From contig OZ024758.1 in NCBI GenBank assembly GCA_964016885.1, forward strand, positions 11,408,001-11,472,000: a stretch of 64,000 nucleotides of DNA, given 5' to 3'. The first letter of the stretch is position 1; each line of letters starts with the position of its first letter. The notes beneath the pieces are model-generated. The model was not told the origin of the DNA. It did not search any database and saw nothing but the letters and a program-made list of their open reading frames with translations. This DNA is from Eledone cirrhosa. Lineage: Eukaryota. The position numbers and the translations under genes were made by a program. This document shows positions 43,341 through 58,664 of this stretch, piece after piece.

Positions 43341-43986
43341 ATATATTATTAAATGAAGACGAACGGAATCTGACCTCTAGATCAAAGTGTGTGTGTGTGT
43401 ATGTGTGTGTATGTGTGTGTATGTGTGTGTATGTGTGTATTTGTGCAGGATTTGTATATGTGTAATTATATAAATAATTTCGAATACATGTTTTCTCCCA
43501 AGTTTCCAACTTAGTATTAACGATCTCCACTCAGGTGTATACAATGCTGGTTTGGATATAACAGGTCAGAGAACAACTACATATTACGAAACATCTTGTT
43601 AGTTTATGATAACGGGCATTTCTTTTTTTCTAACCAAATTCCGTATTACCCATTCCCTGAAGCTAAACCTTCCTCTACAATATCTTTTGAAACATCTGCT
43701 GCAGATTTAAACACACATTCAATGTATTGACAGCTAAATAATTTAACGCTTTTTCATTTATCTGTTAGAATTATATGGAACTGTTCCAAGGAATCTAAAG
43801 CTATTGGAATCAGCCAGGATGAAGAATCTGAACTGAAAGCAAAGAAACTAAATATTGTCATTTGTTTGTTTGTATTCTCTACTTTTTCGGCCATCTTTGC
43901 TGTCTTGTTCATATGCTTGAATGTTTTATATGTATGTGAATATGTGTGGGTTTGGAGATGGTGTATAGGTGTGTGTGTGGAGAGGG

Positions 43987-44082
<96 letters not shown>

Positions 44083-44416
44083 GTTGTGTAGCCATGACAA
44101 CTTTCCCCATGCGTATATCAACATAAATGAAGTTAAATAACTAGAAAATAAAAGCGCACTTTACATTTCCTAGAGTTCCCTCGACTCAGTATAACCACAG
44201 GGTTGTGTATAGTATAGACGTTAGAGGAATATTCACAAATACAAGATGAGAATCATCTTACATAACATCCACTTCTTTAGTGGAGGAAACCAATTACAGT
44301 AAAGCATTCTTAGCACCTTTCAGTATCCTAACTATTTGTCTGTAATACTTAACTGTTTCTACTTTAGGCACAAGGCCAGCATGTAATACTTAACATTGAA
44401 ATATATTATATTATAC

Positions 44417-44589
44417 CAGACCTGTAACTCTCCCCATCCAACGGGGAGATCTCCCATCCACTTTGGGTTGGGTGAGAGATGTCTTCTCTGGTGAAAATAG
44501 GTATAGCTTTCATTATGTAAAATCTCCCCATTTTGGGGCACTTTTTTCATTGTATTCTCCGCTTGGGATTTTAGAGGTTGGCAGGTCTG
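44417..44589. mobile_element. CAGACCTG-TIR MITE copy 1
   Basis: CAGACCTG..CAGGTCTG ends; internal similarity to three other copies. Confidence 0.75.
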
Positions 44590-44700
44590 TTTCTATTAAC
44601 GAGAAATCGTGATCCTATTAACGGCAATATAAATATATAGTTTTACCTATTAATTTTTAGTAGAAAAGCTTTTAAAGGGTATTTTTTAGTTAATTAATGT

Positions 44701-45090
44701 CACATCTGCCATACCTTAAAAACCCAAACGGGGAGAACCATGAAAAAAATGCCCCAAAACGGGAGAAATGGGACAAAATAGGGAGATTTTACATAATTGT
44801 TTCTACTTTTGGCACAAGGCCAGCAATTACCCAGTGTATTACTGGTACTTTATTTTATCGACCCTGTAAGGATGAAAGGCAAAGTTAACCTCGGTGGGAT
44901 TTGAACTCAGACCATAAAAGGCCGTAACTCTTTGCTGCAAAGCATCGCGTCCGACCCTCTACCGATAATGCCAATCCACCGCCCTAACATAATGAAAGCT
45001 TTACCCATTTTCACAAGAGACGACATCTCTCATCCACCCCCAAAGTGGGTGGGAGATCTCCCCGTCGGACGGGGTGTGTTGACAAGTCTG
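44701..45090. mobile_element. CAGACCTG-TIR MITE copy 2 (SINE-interrupted)
   Basis: Flanks are TAATGT and TAATAT. Confidence 0.7.
44794..44985 (-). mobile_element. Full-length SINE nested in a MITE
   Basis: ACATAAT is duplicated at 44791 and 44987. Confidence 0.85.
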
Positions 45091-45648
45091 TAATATATTT
45101 GATATCTCTTCTAACTTATTGCTCTCTTGTATATTTTAATGCAATATGAATCGAAATCTTTAACTTTCTATTTTCTTTTTTTATTCCAGAATGTTGATCC
45201 GCAGTTAATGCTGCCAGTTGATGATAAAACAGTGGGAATTCTCCAGAAAGGGACAACGACCTGATATTTAAATCAGTAAACGGGAGAAAGTTTCCAAAAC
45301 AATCTACCAAAAAGAATATTTTATATATAATACTTCAACAACGCATCTCCATGATCGGAATATTTCAATTGTTAATTTAAATATTTGTTGTTTTCTTCCA
45401 TTAAATACGCTGTCGAATTATACACAAGTATTGCACGGAATATAAATAATCAATTAAAATTTCGTCCTCAATTACCAATATAATTAAAGACACATAATTA
45501 CTTCATTTTACATTTAAATATTTCTCATAGAAAACAGAAAAATACCTCCCAAAATAATCAAGTAAAACAATAAAGAAAAAGAAATAATTTTTTTATTTCA
45601 AATTGCACGTGGTAATATCTTCAACTAATTCTAGTGAATGAACACATT

Positions 45649-45949
45649 ATGGAACGTATTGAAATGAACCATTTGAATATACCAAGCCCACATTCAGATG
45701 AGAATGGCGACGGAAATAGCAACACTTTGTATGGAAGTACAATGACTCTGGGTGCAAGTTCTCCCGGTGTTGGAGCATCCACAGCCAATTTACTGAAGAT
45801 TGATTTAGAGAAAAAAATCGATCGACATACGGGTGAAGAACGAGAAACCTGGGATAATCGTGTCCAATTCATTCTCTCGTTGGCTGGTTTTGCTGTAGGT
45901 CTTGGAAATGTTTGGCGTTTCCCATATCTGACACAGAAAAATGGAGGAG
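45649..45949 (+). CDS. SLC6 family sodium-dependent transporter (SLC6A15/SLC6A17-like), coding exon 1
   Basis: ATG at 45649. Encodes [37 protein letters not shown], the SNF/SLC6 TM1 signature. GTAAGT donor at 45950, phase 1. Confidence 0.95.
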
Positions 45950-46083
45950 GTAAGTTACAGCATTTTATTAGTATTGCAATGGACCAGTGGTTTAGCAGAA
46001 CTAGTAGAGCATCGCACAAAATGTTTGTGGAATGTCTGCCTATTCTGTAATCCTGTTTGGGTTACTTTTGCCTTCAAGGGTTC

Positions 46084-46165
<82 letters not shown>

Positions 46166-47182
46166 GAACCCTTGTTTCGTGTCGATAATTTATTGTAGCA
46201 TCATCAAAAAATGGAGTGTGAGAAGAGCAGAGGTATTAGAAATTCAAATAATAGAAGCAATTAAATAGTGCTTGCTCATATAATCCTTTAAATCTGTTAT
46301 TAGGAAGAATCTCACATCGTCACTTATAATAAATTACCTTAGAGAGAGGAATGCCATGATTATATCGTCGTTATAGAACCAATTACTCTGTAACGAAGAC
46401 AGCTGCAGGCAAACTGATGCTTAAATTTTATTTTATTTTTTGGCTAAACATGATTTGTTTTTACACGAAATAATTTACTCAGTTGTGCAATGTTTCTCCT
46501 TTAATTTTGAGAAAAATAATTTTTCTTTTTAGAAACTATATTGCAAAATTCAAACAATTTATGTTTGATTTGAAAAAAAGATGTGACACAAACTTTTAAG
46601 CCCACCACATGCAAGACTGTGATCCACAACTTGGCACATGTATACATTAAGGCATACATATATAACGTTTATATATTAAGAGGGAAGGTATGATGGGAAG
46701 GGTGACATACAATATATTAAGAACAACAGCTATTATATATATCTTCATATTATATTGTCTAAATGCACTAACATATAATTGGATACTTCAATTAAATAGA
46801 AATTTCCATGTGAAAAATTGTACTAATTTCCGACAAAATTCCACACCATTGTATAGGCAGTAAATTGGTTTAACATATTTGGAGGATCTGGTCTTTTACT
46901 AATTACAATATTTTCTAAAGAAATGTTTGTTACTACTAATGTAAGAATCAACACCTGTAAAATAAAATACCTGGTAAATCCTACTAATCGATATGTTGCT
47001 TAAATGAAATGACGATATATGAATGGTTGAATTCTCGTTGGAGTATATGACATCGTGTGATATCGGTCAACTTCAAGTTTGAACGAAATACATCAATTTG
47101 AATTCGAAATTTCATTTGAGATTCATAATTACTATTTTACCTTTTTAAACCTATTCTTACCTACAGAAAGGTGAGCATATAC

Positions 47183-47353
47183 CAGACCTACCAATCTCTA
47201 AAAACACAAACAGGAAATACCATGACAAATGAGGCAAAATGGTGAGATTTTACATAATGACAGCTATACCCATTTTCACAAGAGTAGACATCTCTCACTC
47301 TGCTCAAAGTGGGTGAGAGATGTCCCCACCGCAAGGGAGAGTTGATAGGTCTG
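47183..47353. mobile_element. CAGACCTG-TIR MITE copy 3
   Basis: CAGACCTA..TAGGTCTG ends; flanks are ATATAC and ATATAA. Confidence 0.7.
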
Positions 47354-47982
47354 ATATAACAAGCAATTGCATTAATTGGAATGAATTTCGTACAGGGTGG
47401 ACCACGTGAAGATTGCCATTTCCCACCCCTTCGCATGTCAGGACTCCATCAATCCCCATTGACAGTACTACATGTTGTTCAGGATTGCCCCCCTCAGACA
47501 TTTTCTTGGGGTCCTGGAGCCTACCCATAACGCTGCAAATGACGCCTGGGTTTGTCTCACAGTTTTCGATCTGCCTTTCTAGCTACTGACATGTCATACG
47601 ACAAGAAGACCATAGTGAAATATTTCACATTAAAAAAATATTAACTTCATTACACCTGAGAAATGTTTGTTTGGCAGAGAATTAGAAAAGAATAGCCTTT
47701 TTCCCACATCCGTGTTTGGTGTAATATTGATTTTTTTACATTGGCAGAATCCTAAACATTTACAGGTCAGGGGTTCACTATATTAGATCGATATCATGAT
47801 ATGATTACTAATCATTATCTCCACCTCAGAAGCATGTATTCGCTCCAGCTCAACTTGAATTTAATTTAAGATATTCACGAGTGAAATATTATTGAAATCT
47901 ATAAGGTCCTTAGTGGAGGGCTTTACAGCTTTTGTTGTTTCACAGCTTGGTTGTTTCTAAAGTTATCATTTCTGCTATATAG

Positions 47983-48125
47983 CAGATCTGACAAATATCC
48001 CCGGCGATGTTTTCTCTTGTGAAAATGGGTATAACTTTCATTATGTAAAATCTCCTCATTTCGTCTCATTTCTCCCCGTTTTTTCATGGTACTCTCCGTT
48101 TGCGTTTTAGAGGTTGGCAGGTCTG
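47983..48125. mobile_element. CAGACCTG-TIR MITE copy 4
   Basis: Exact 6-bp ATATAG duplication on both sides. Confidence 0.7.
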
Positions 48126-48484
48126 ATATAGTGGAATAAACAACTTTTTGCATATCTCTAATGGACGATAAGCAACGATAACATTAAAATAACTCACGAC
48201 AATACTAATTTTATTTCGTTTCATTTGTCCATCTACAACCTAAATGTCTTAAAAGGTGGGCTAATTGTAGCTAACACTTGTTTCACTATTTAGCCTTAGT
48301 TTAGCTTTAATAAGATGAATATTTAGTATTGAGTACTCTTTTCTCTCGGTTGTCGTCTACATAGTTACCAAGCTTGCGGTAGATCCTCTACATTTTCTAC
48401 TTTTACTAATATAACCACCACTCTGCACCATACCATGTATAGAGTACTTCTTTGTTCTTTGATTGGCCCCAGTATCGCAGACTA

Positions 48485-48550
<66 letters not shown>

Positions 48551-48553
<3 letters not shown>

Positions 48554-48758
48554 CAAAGGAATCGTGGTAAGGAACCAGATGGACCATAACGCACCAGAGT
48601 ACTCAATACGTAGGGTAGTAGAGTGGGGAGTGGGAAATAGGAAAAAGTATGACGCCGACGGCAGACCTCAAGCCGTTTCGACGGCTATTTCTGGACTGAG
48701 ACCAGAAATAGCCGTTTAAACGGCTTGAGCTCTGCCGTCGGGGTCATACTTTTTCCTA
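48551..48758. mobile_element. Copy of the 11981 palindromic family
   Basis: Same core, hairpin at 48638-48758, (TA)n flanks. Confidence 0.8.
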
Positions 48759-48797
<39 letters not shown>

Positions 48798-49164
48798 GTG
48801 TATGTGTGTGTGTGTCTATCAGTCTACCAAGTACTAGGTTTCCTTTAGCAATCAATAAAACTTGATGTATTTCATTTCTCTTTTTGTCCAGCAAATCACG
48901 CAACAGATAATATTTCAGGAGGAGGAAGGGGAGGATAGGAAGAAGGGAGGATGGAGAGGAGGAGGAAAAGGAGACATAATTATATCTGCTGACTATTGTG
49001 TCTCGTATTATGCTGCCTCTTTGTTAAATTACTTTAAGCAACATAAGTCACGTGATTCTTACAGAGCCTCGATAGAATATTTATGTATTTAAGTCCACAA
49101 TGAAAACTGAGTCGTTGTGGCTTTCATTTTGGATACTTTCAATAATAGGAAATTGGAAATAATA

Positions 49165-50097
49165 TATATACAACATATACAACATATATACAACATATAT
49201 ACAACTTATATACAACATATATACAACATATACAACATATACAACATATATACAACATATATACAACATATATACAACATATACAACATATATACAACAT
49301 ATATAACATATATACAACATATATACAACATATATACAACATATACAACATATACAACATATATACAACATATATACAACATATACCACATATATACAAC
49401 ATATACAACATATACCACCTATATACAACATATATAACATATATACAACATATATACAACATATATACAACATATACAACATATATACAACATATACAAC
49501 ATATACAACATATATACAACATATATACAACATATATAGAACATATACCACATATATACAACATATACAACATATATACAACATATATACAACATATATA
49601 GAACATATATACAACATATATACAACATATACAACATATACAACATATATACAACATATATACAACATATATACAACATATATACAACATATATACAACA
49701 TATATACAACATATACAACATATATACAACATATACAACATATATACAACATATACAACATATATACAACATATATACAACATATATGCAACATATATAC
49801 AACATATACAACATATACAACATATATACAACATATATACAACATATATACAACATATATAACATATATACAACATATATACAACATATACAACATATAT
49901 ACAACATATACAACATATATACAACATATATACAACATATACAACATATATACAACATATACAACATATACAACATATATATAACATATATACAACATAT
50001 ATACAACATATACAACATATATACAACATATATACAACATATACAACATATATACAAATATACAACATATATACAACATATATACAACATATATACA
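49165..50097. repeat. 9/11-bp satellite (ACAACATAT[AT])
   Basis: About 930 bp of tandem units. Confidence 0.95.
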
Positions 50098-50173
50098 AGG
50101 GTAATCTTATAGAGGTCCTCAGTCATTAGTATTATCAGCTATTAATAACTTGAGCCAATGTTCACTTGATGCT

Positions 50174-50204
<31 letters not shown>

Positions 50205-51284
50205 GGGGGGGGGGAAGCGAGAGAGGCAGAGACAGATGTAAATCCCGACCGCGGCACCAAGCGGTTTCGGGATTTTACAATCTTTATATCAACTCTACAT
50301 CTCCCCATATATCAAGTACTCACATGATTAGTGGTCTCTTCAAAATATCCTTATATAACAAGGGGTAATCTTATACGAAGGGGCGTTCAATAGGCCAGCA
50401 AATACGGTATCCCTATTTGCCACAGTGTAAGTTTAGAACAGCAGGGTAACCACTGATACAACGATGCAGTCTAAGGGTTAAAGGTCGAGGAATTCACTTA
50501 CCTTTCTTAACATATCAATTAAATGTTTCTAAAATGAGTACCAGTAATAGCTGGAGGTTTAACCCTGCGATTGACTAGCGTACTGTCCATGGGGAAGTCT
50601 TTTACTCTCAGTTACCCCCACGTCTTGTACTTCCAGTCGCTTAATACCATAGAAACCCAGATAAACACCAACCTGGTGAGCCTCCGAGCTCGAGAGAGAC
50701 TTTAGACGTTTCAGTAAAGTAGGGTCTATGAATAAAACAAGCTATTAATTTTACTGCAGTTTCATTACTTAATATACGCTGGAATAAGTGATAGAATGGC
50801 AATACATCAGGTGGATTTGATATAAATTAAGATATATATTTGTCTTTTTAATTTCAGAAGAGCTAAGCTTAAGCCTATTCACATGGTAACATATGACGCA
50901 GAGAGACAGTTATAGAAAATTTTTAGCAGGGAGACGTTATTAAAAGCTAACGTTTAACAAAGGGATTTTATATATTGATTCGATGCTAATTATGTTGAGA
51001 AACATGTGCAAAATAACATAGAAATATTAGTTTAATATTTCTGTCACATTGTTGAGACTTTTCCTTGGAATAATAGCATAGCTTTGAGGTAGATTAAACA
51101 ACATGACTATATCTCACAGAAAAAAAACCTCTTGAAGAAAACGTACTCAGAAAACACAGTCGTACAAATAGTTACATATGCCGATATACCCCCTGGTACA
51201 CATGTCAAAACAACTTATACAGATGTGTATAAGGAAAGGATGTTGTTTAATTTCAACGAATCTGTTCAACACTAGTACTATTAG

Positions 51285-51520
51285 CATTGTTCGGAAGAGC
51301 ACCGGACACCATGCTTCGCGGCAAAGTGTTACGTTCTGAGTTCAAATCCCGCCGAGGTTAGCTTTGCCTTTCATCCTTACGGGGTCGATAAAAATAAAGA
51401 ACCAGTCATGCAATGGGGTCGATTTAATCGACTTTCCCTCCTCCCCCAAAATTGCTGGCCTTGTGCCTATATCGGATTGGCAGTATAACCGGTAGAGCAT
51501 CGGACAGCAGGTTTCGCAGA
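51285..51520 (+). mobile_element. SINE copy plus a second head fragment
   Basis: B box, core and tail. Confidence 0.75.
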
Positions 51521-52312
51521 TTTTCCAAATGAAATGACTTGTCTGAATAGTATCTCACAACTGGAATTAATCTCGACTAAACGAGGTGTGTAAATAATTA
51601 CCAGAAATTAAAGGGGGTTTTTGATATTAAAAACTATAGTTCTTACTTATCACACAAAATGCACCCCCCCCCCACAAACACATATATATATAATTCTCTC
51701 TATCTATCATGTGTATATATATTATATATATATTATTTATGTATGAATGTTCGTGTAATATCTATGCTTACATACAGATATATACAGATATGTCTTATAT
51801 TTTGTACTTTTAGTAAGCTGTATGATTGAGAGAGAGAGAGAGAGAGAAGGGGGGAGGGAGAGATAGAGGGCGTTGATGGAGAGCGACAGAGGTCTGTAGA
51901 ATGTAAGAAATGGAGATATGAAAGAAGTGTGATGTATTAAAATAGAAATATAGTGAAACGACACAGCGTGTGACAATAATGAACTCTAAAATAGTAAATG
52001 GTGGTTGTCGTTAAAGTATATAATAGCAACATAGGTGATCATATATATATATATATAGAGAGAGAGAGAGGGAGAAGGGTGTAGAGGTGATACAAATGAG
52101 TGGATACAAGCGAATGGTAATATTTGTGTGCTATGATCTCCAATCTAGGCGAAGTAGTTATGCCGTGTAGGTAGCCTGGTGTCTGTTATTGATTACGGAA
52201 TCTCGGATTCTCTATAAATAGATAGACACAGGACTGTGTCTCTGACAACAGTGGTGCGTGTAATGGCTAATATCTATGAGAAGGTAAACGAAGCGAACAT
52301 ACACACACACAT

Positions 52313-52378
<66 letters not shown>

Positions 52379-52381
<3 letters not shown>

Positions 52382-52532
52382 AACGAGTAGGACCCCGACG
52401 GCTGAGCTCAAGCCGTCGAAACGGCTTGAGCTCAGCAGTCGGGGTCCTACTCGTTCCTATTACCCACTCTACTACCCTAAGTATTGAGTACTTTGGTGCG
52501 TTATGGTCCACCTGGTCCACATTTCCTTCGTT
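52379..52532. mobile_element. Copy of the 11981 palindromic family
   Basis: Hairpin at 52379-52459, then ..GTATTGAGTACTTTGGTGCGTTATGGTCCA.., with (TA)n flanks. Confidence 0.8.
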
Positions 52533-52978
52533 ATATATATATATACGTACATACAGACACACATATATACATATAAATATACATATAAATATATATATAT
52601 CGTTTCTGAATTTGTTTAGCAAGATTCTTATTGGCAACATGACCCTCCCAAAGCATAACAATATATATATGTGACTGTATGTTGTGTGTGTGTTGTGTGT
52701 GCTTATCCAGAGTTCTATCAGGGGTGACCACAGTAAGTTAGGTACTCAATACATAGCAGAATATAAATATTTAATATAGAAATGGCTCCTACAAAAATAG
52801 AACTGTTTCATTCGGGAGAAATCATCATCATATATATATATATATATTATAATAATAATAAATTTGAAGACTAAAATCCAAAGAGGAATCCAGAAATCCA
52901 GAAGATCCCGTTAAGGGTGAAAGCAGCGATTCTTTGCTTAAACTTTAATATGTTATTTAATATATATATATATATATA

Positions 52979-53049
<71 letters not shown>

Positions 53050-54226
53050 AAGACATACATACATGCGTACGTACGTGCATACATACATCTTCTTCGCTCA
53101 CTTATTCCTGAGATAAAATTCCGAAAGAACCGATAAAAATGTTTTAAATGAATATTTGATAGAATATATTAAACGTTGAAAATGTTAAAGTTTAATGTTA
53201 ACTATGAAACTTGTGTCGTTTTACATCTAAATCTTTGCGTTAACTCATCTAATGTACACTTTCTTTTACTTTCTCTCTCTAGTTCATCATTCTCTCTTCC
53301 TTCATTCTAGATTCTCTGTCACCATTTTATTTCTTTAACTCTTTCCCAACATCTTCAGTTCCTACTTATATATACCCAACAATTCTTGTATAAATAAATT
53401 GTAATCTTTGGTAACACTGCTCTGGGAATCACCAAAACTTTGATAAAATGTAAATGCTGATTTTATTTTTTTTATTGGCAAATTTAAACAATTAAACTCT
53501 ACTAGTATATACAATATAAAAATAGAATTAATTAATTTAGAATTAATTCTGGCCCAAGGGAAGAATTGAAATAAAACCTTATGTAATTAAGAATTCTTAT
53601 AATTATTTTAGTTTCCAATTAATGATATTCAAACTCAGATGAAATAATTATATAGTTCTATACTTATTTAACCTATAATCAATATTGATCTCAAGAGTCA
53701 TCAAATAAATATTAAATATGCTGAGAGATAGAAAATATATTATAAAATGTTAACACTCGGCGTAATCTTAAATGAGAACCAATGAAATTTTTTTAAATGC
53801 ATTTAGTTGGTCTCTTTAATACGCTAGACATGCCAGAAGATACTTAAAGAGATGATAATAAAATACAAACAAGAGTAAATATACATGGAAGAAATTTCTT
53901 CCATGCTATAAGCTAGATTTTTCTCTTGAGTACTGTGCATTAGACGAAGGAAAAAATATACTTGATCACTTGATTAATGCAATATAAATTTACAGTCCTC
54001 CTCTAATGAAGTGTTTCTGCGTGATTTCTGTCTGAAACTCATAAAACTAGACTAAACCATAGAAGGGGCTGATAAGGTAAGATGGTGGTAAAAGTTATGA
54101 TGAAGCAAAATATAAAATAAAAAAATAGTGAATAAATAAATGTCGGCGCTGTTGATTAAAACTGCTTACTGTGTAATGCTAGAAATGTAGAAATACTGTT
54201 TCAAAGAGTCTCGTCTAAATACAAAA

Positions 54227-54330
<104 letters not shown>

Positions 54331-54459
54331 AATATGGATTGAGGAAGGCGAGGCTGTGTGGTTACTGAGAACGAGTGTTAGAAGGTAAGGCGACACAAAC
54401 AAGAGGTGGAAAGTTTCCCTTCGTCAGCTGTTTACTACGGATCATGGATGTTTCGGCGC

Positions 54460-54517
<58 letters not shown>

Positions 54518-54564
54518 AAGATAGATAGATAGATAGATAGATACAAAGATATATACACTATTTT

Positions 54565-54637
54565 GCAGTCTGATGAGTTCACGAGAAGGGTTAAATAATC
54601 AAGTGAACATGATCGTCATTGAAATATGTATCACAGC
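54565..54637 (+). ncRNA. Hammerhead-like motif (imperfect), sense within SLC6 intron 1
   Basis: GCAGT-CTGATGA-GTTCAC..GTGAAC-atgatcgtcatt-GAAA-TATGTA-TC-ACAGC, then AATAAA. There is a stem I mismatch and an extra insert. Confidence 0.5.
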
Positions 54638-55965
54638 TTTATTAATAAAGGACTCTTTAATATCCATAACTTCTTATTCTGCTCATTCTCCCCCTCTCTC
54701 TCTCTCTCTAATACTACTGGTTCCTCCAGCCGTTGATTAATAGGGCAACACCTGACATTATATTTCTACTTTGTAAAGGAATAATACTTAAAATAACCTT
54801 TTCAATGAATTATTAATATATTTCTAAAAATAATGACAATCTCAATACATATAAATTCAATACTTGCAGCATTATTGCAAACAGTTCTCACTGTGATTAA
54901 AAATTAATAATTGTAGATCAATCTATTTTCGCTTTATTACTTTAAGTCGATATTTTCTCACGGTGATAACAAATATTTTCAAAATCTAATCAAGAATCAT
55001 TGAAATTCTTACCTCTAAAATGAAGATCATTTAAAGGACGGAATAAATTAATTAAAATACACATATCTGTTAATTAAATTTGACCTTAATACTAATTTAT
55101 AGATCGTACTGCTTAGTGATAATAAAAAGGTTGTAGTTTGCTTGACGCATTGTATATAATATATAATGTGGATATTGATATATGAAAGAAAGGCTAAAAC
55201 AATGTAAAATGGACGGTAAGATGAAGGCTTTGTGTTATCGAGCCCAGAAGGATGAAAGGCAAACATTGACCTTAGTGGGAGTTGAACTCAGAATTTAAAG
55301 AAGCAATGGAAATACCACAATGGAATTTTAAACGACACTCTACCAATTCTTTTAATAAGATATATAAATATTGGTGATCCTTTTAAGAATTAAAATCAAT
55401 GTTATTCCTAGAAAGATTTGAATTCAGAACCTAAAAGACCGAAACTAAATACATCCTTTCTGAGAAGTAAATGGTGATGATGACGATGATGATGATGACG
55501 ATGACGATGATGACGATGACGATGATGGTGAAGAAGATGGTGATGATGACGAGGGAAAAGGGAGGATCTTTTGATGATGATTATTTCAGTTTCAGGAAGA
55601 CATCCATACACCCCGTACATATAAACCAAACTGTCTACAATCTTCCTTTAAAGTATATATATATTCAATGAAATAAGCTTATCTGATTTACCTCTGCAAA
55701 TTTCTTCATTAAATCCCAAACCTCTCGTCTTATACACGAATCATTCACTGTCTCTTTGATTTCCCTTAAACTGTATTACTGTTAAAACTTCAGAGTCTCC
55801 ATCTTAAACATATTCAATTAGATTTTATTTCAATTTATCTTTCTCCTTTGAAAATTATTTGAAAATTGCTTTATATACTTTCTACCCGGAAATAAAACAT
55901 TATACAATAAACTATTTTCATTTAAACTCATCATTCTTAACAAAACAACTGTAATGTTCCTTTCC

Positions 55966-56052
<87 letters not shown>

Positions 56053-56053
56053 C

Positions 56054-56084
<31 letters not shown>

Positions 56085-56372
56085 ATTTTTTTTTTTTTTT
56101 TTTCATAAGGAAGTTTTAAAAAAAATCTTAAAAATCAAAATTAGATGAAAGGAAATGAAGAAATGGTTGGTTGTTTAAAGTATTTAGCATTGAATTGATA
56201 AAATGCCCGACTCTAATATATTTCAAATTCTTTCTTGTAAAATGTCTTGTAATAGGTTATTGATGAGATTTCGTCTGTCAGAACAGATCTGTAAACATGA
56301 AAGTAATAATCGATCAAATAAATCAAAGTATTGTCTTCTTGTTTTTATTACTATATATATATATATATATGA

Positions 56373-56427
<55 letters not shown>

Positions 56428-56911
56428 TGTGTATGTATGCATATATATATATCTCTGTGTGTGTGTGTGTGTATGTGTGTGCATGTATGTATGTGTATGT
56501 ATGTACGTATGTGTGTGGGCGTATGGAAATAAGTATATATTCACCCACGTATACGTATATATATATATATATTATTTCAAGTAATCAATGCTCTAATATG
56601 GTGTAAACAGACATAAGCACTCCACGACATAGGTAACATAAGGTATTACCAATATGATATCAGACGAAGTGTCAGTATTATTACAGACGCAATTTATAAT
56701 CATCTGGCCCTTGAGTCCATTTTCTTAACAGCATTTGGGATATCTCCCAGGGTTCTGGCTTATCTTCTTCCATCTCTCTCATCAGCTTCGAAGTCCCTAA
56801 AAGTACCAATGAGCACTGTTCTTCGCTTCCTCACGAGAGAGAAACAAAAAAGCCCTCATCATTCTCTAATTAACTACGGATAATACATTGGGTCAATTCT
56901 ATAGACTATAC

Positions 56912-57242
56912 ACCTTATTTCTACAAAACTAAACCTTATTTATACAAAAATAAACCTTCTTTATAGAAAACTAAACCTTATTTACACAAAATTAAACCTT
57001 TTTTATACAAAATAAACCCTTATTTATACAAAATAAACCTTATTTATACAAAATAAACCCTTATTTATACAAAAATAAACCTTATTTATACAGAACTAAA
57101 CCTTATTTCTACAAAACTAAACCTTATTTCTACAAAATTAAACCTTATTTATACAAAAATAAACTTCATTTATACAAAAATAAACCTTCTTTATACAAAA
57201 ATAAACCTTATTTATACAAACTAAACCTTATTTACACAAAAT
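56912..57242. repeat. ~20-bp minisatellite (TAAACCTTATTTATACAAAA)
   Basis: Tandem units. Confidence 0.9.
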
Positions 57243-58012
57243 AATGTTGAGGTTTATCTAAAACAACATTAATACACGAAGAATATAGAGATTTAGTTTC
57301 AAAATGATTATGAAACTATCGTAGCGATTGGTGAAATTCTATATCCTTCCATATTCATATAGTGTTCAATAGTGTTCAATTATTTTAGATTATTATTTTC
57401 TTTGAATTATACGATTCCTCTACACAGTGATTATTTTGTTGGAGGTGTCGATTCATAGCAAATATATAATGGATGATATTTTTTCGTTGTCCGCCATTGT
57501 CGTTTCCACATTTACGTATTACTTGCAGCAATTCTCCATTCAGATTATATTTTCTTTGCATTTGATCGATGGATTTTCTAAGTTAACCATAATGCTGTTC
57601 ACTCAGTAGATTTATAATTTCAGCAAAAAAAAAAAACACATAAAAACTCAAAACAAAACAAAACAAAATGAAACAAAAATAAAAGATTCAATGCTGAAAG
57701 AATGAAGATGTTCATGAAAGAAATATGAGATAAAACTCAATAAGATAACTACAAAAGACAAATAAGTTGTAATGAATTGCTTGAAACTAATCTAAATAGT
57801 CCGAATAAAATAGCTAAACAGAGAAATGAAATATTTATATTCAGTTAGGCAATCTTTAGAGTAAAAAAATTACAAGTTTTCTTAAAATATGTTTTATATA
57901 AAATCATGAAAGGAATTTTAAAATATTCCTCTACCAATCATTCTTAACAAAGTTTATCGTTTCTTCTATCTTCTTTCATTAAAAAAAAAATCTCCATTAA
58001 CCCCCCCCCCCC

Positions 58013-58115
<103 letters not shown>

Positions 58116-58285
58116 ACTCTCTCTTGCTACGTATACGTGTGTGTATATGTATGTTTTTTGTGGGAGGGTCAATCTGATGGTATTTAGTTTTGTGAATTCA
58201 AACTGATATTTTAAATGTTTTCACTCCAGAAACCTTTCTTATAAAAAAATATACATTTAATTCATTTTTCTCCTTTTCATTTCAG

Positions 58286-58590
58286 GTGCATTTCTTATAC
58301 CATACGTAGTAATGCTGTTTGTGGAAGGAATTCCTATATTTTATTTGGAATTAGCAATAGGTCAAAGATTACGTAAAGGCGCTATCGGTTGCTGGAATCA
58401 AGTCTCACCCTATCTTGGAGGCGTTGGTATCGCCGCTGCTGTTGTTTCTTTCAATGTGGCGCTGTATTACAATACAATCATGGCCTGGTGTATGTATTAT
58501 CTAGTAGAAAGTTTTCAGAGTCCTCTACCTTGGTCTTCCTGTCCATCTACAACAGTGGGTAATGTTACAACAGTTAATCAGGAATGCGAA
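58286..58590 (+). CDS. SLC6 transporter coding exon 2 (TM2-TM3, start of EL2)
   Basis: Polypyrimidine tract and TTTCAG acceptor. G+GT completes Gly, then AFLIPYVVMLFVEGIPIFYLELAIGQRLRKG...YYNTIMAW...PLPWSSCP...ECE. GTAAGT donor at 58591. Confidence 0.95.
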
Positions 58591-58664
58591 GTAAGTATGA
58601 GAACATTTTATCAAATCATTATAGCATTATTTATATGTTTCTATATTAAATATATAAGACTGCG

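Noticed and set aside
49081-50126. 300+ aa Cys/Tyr-rich ORFs
   Set aside because: They are translations of a 9/11-bp satellite.
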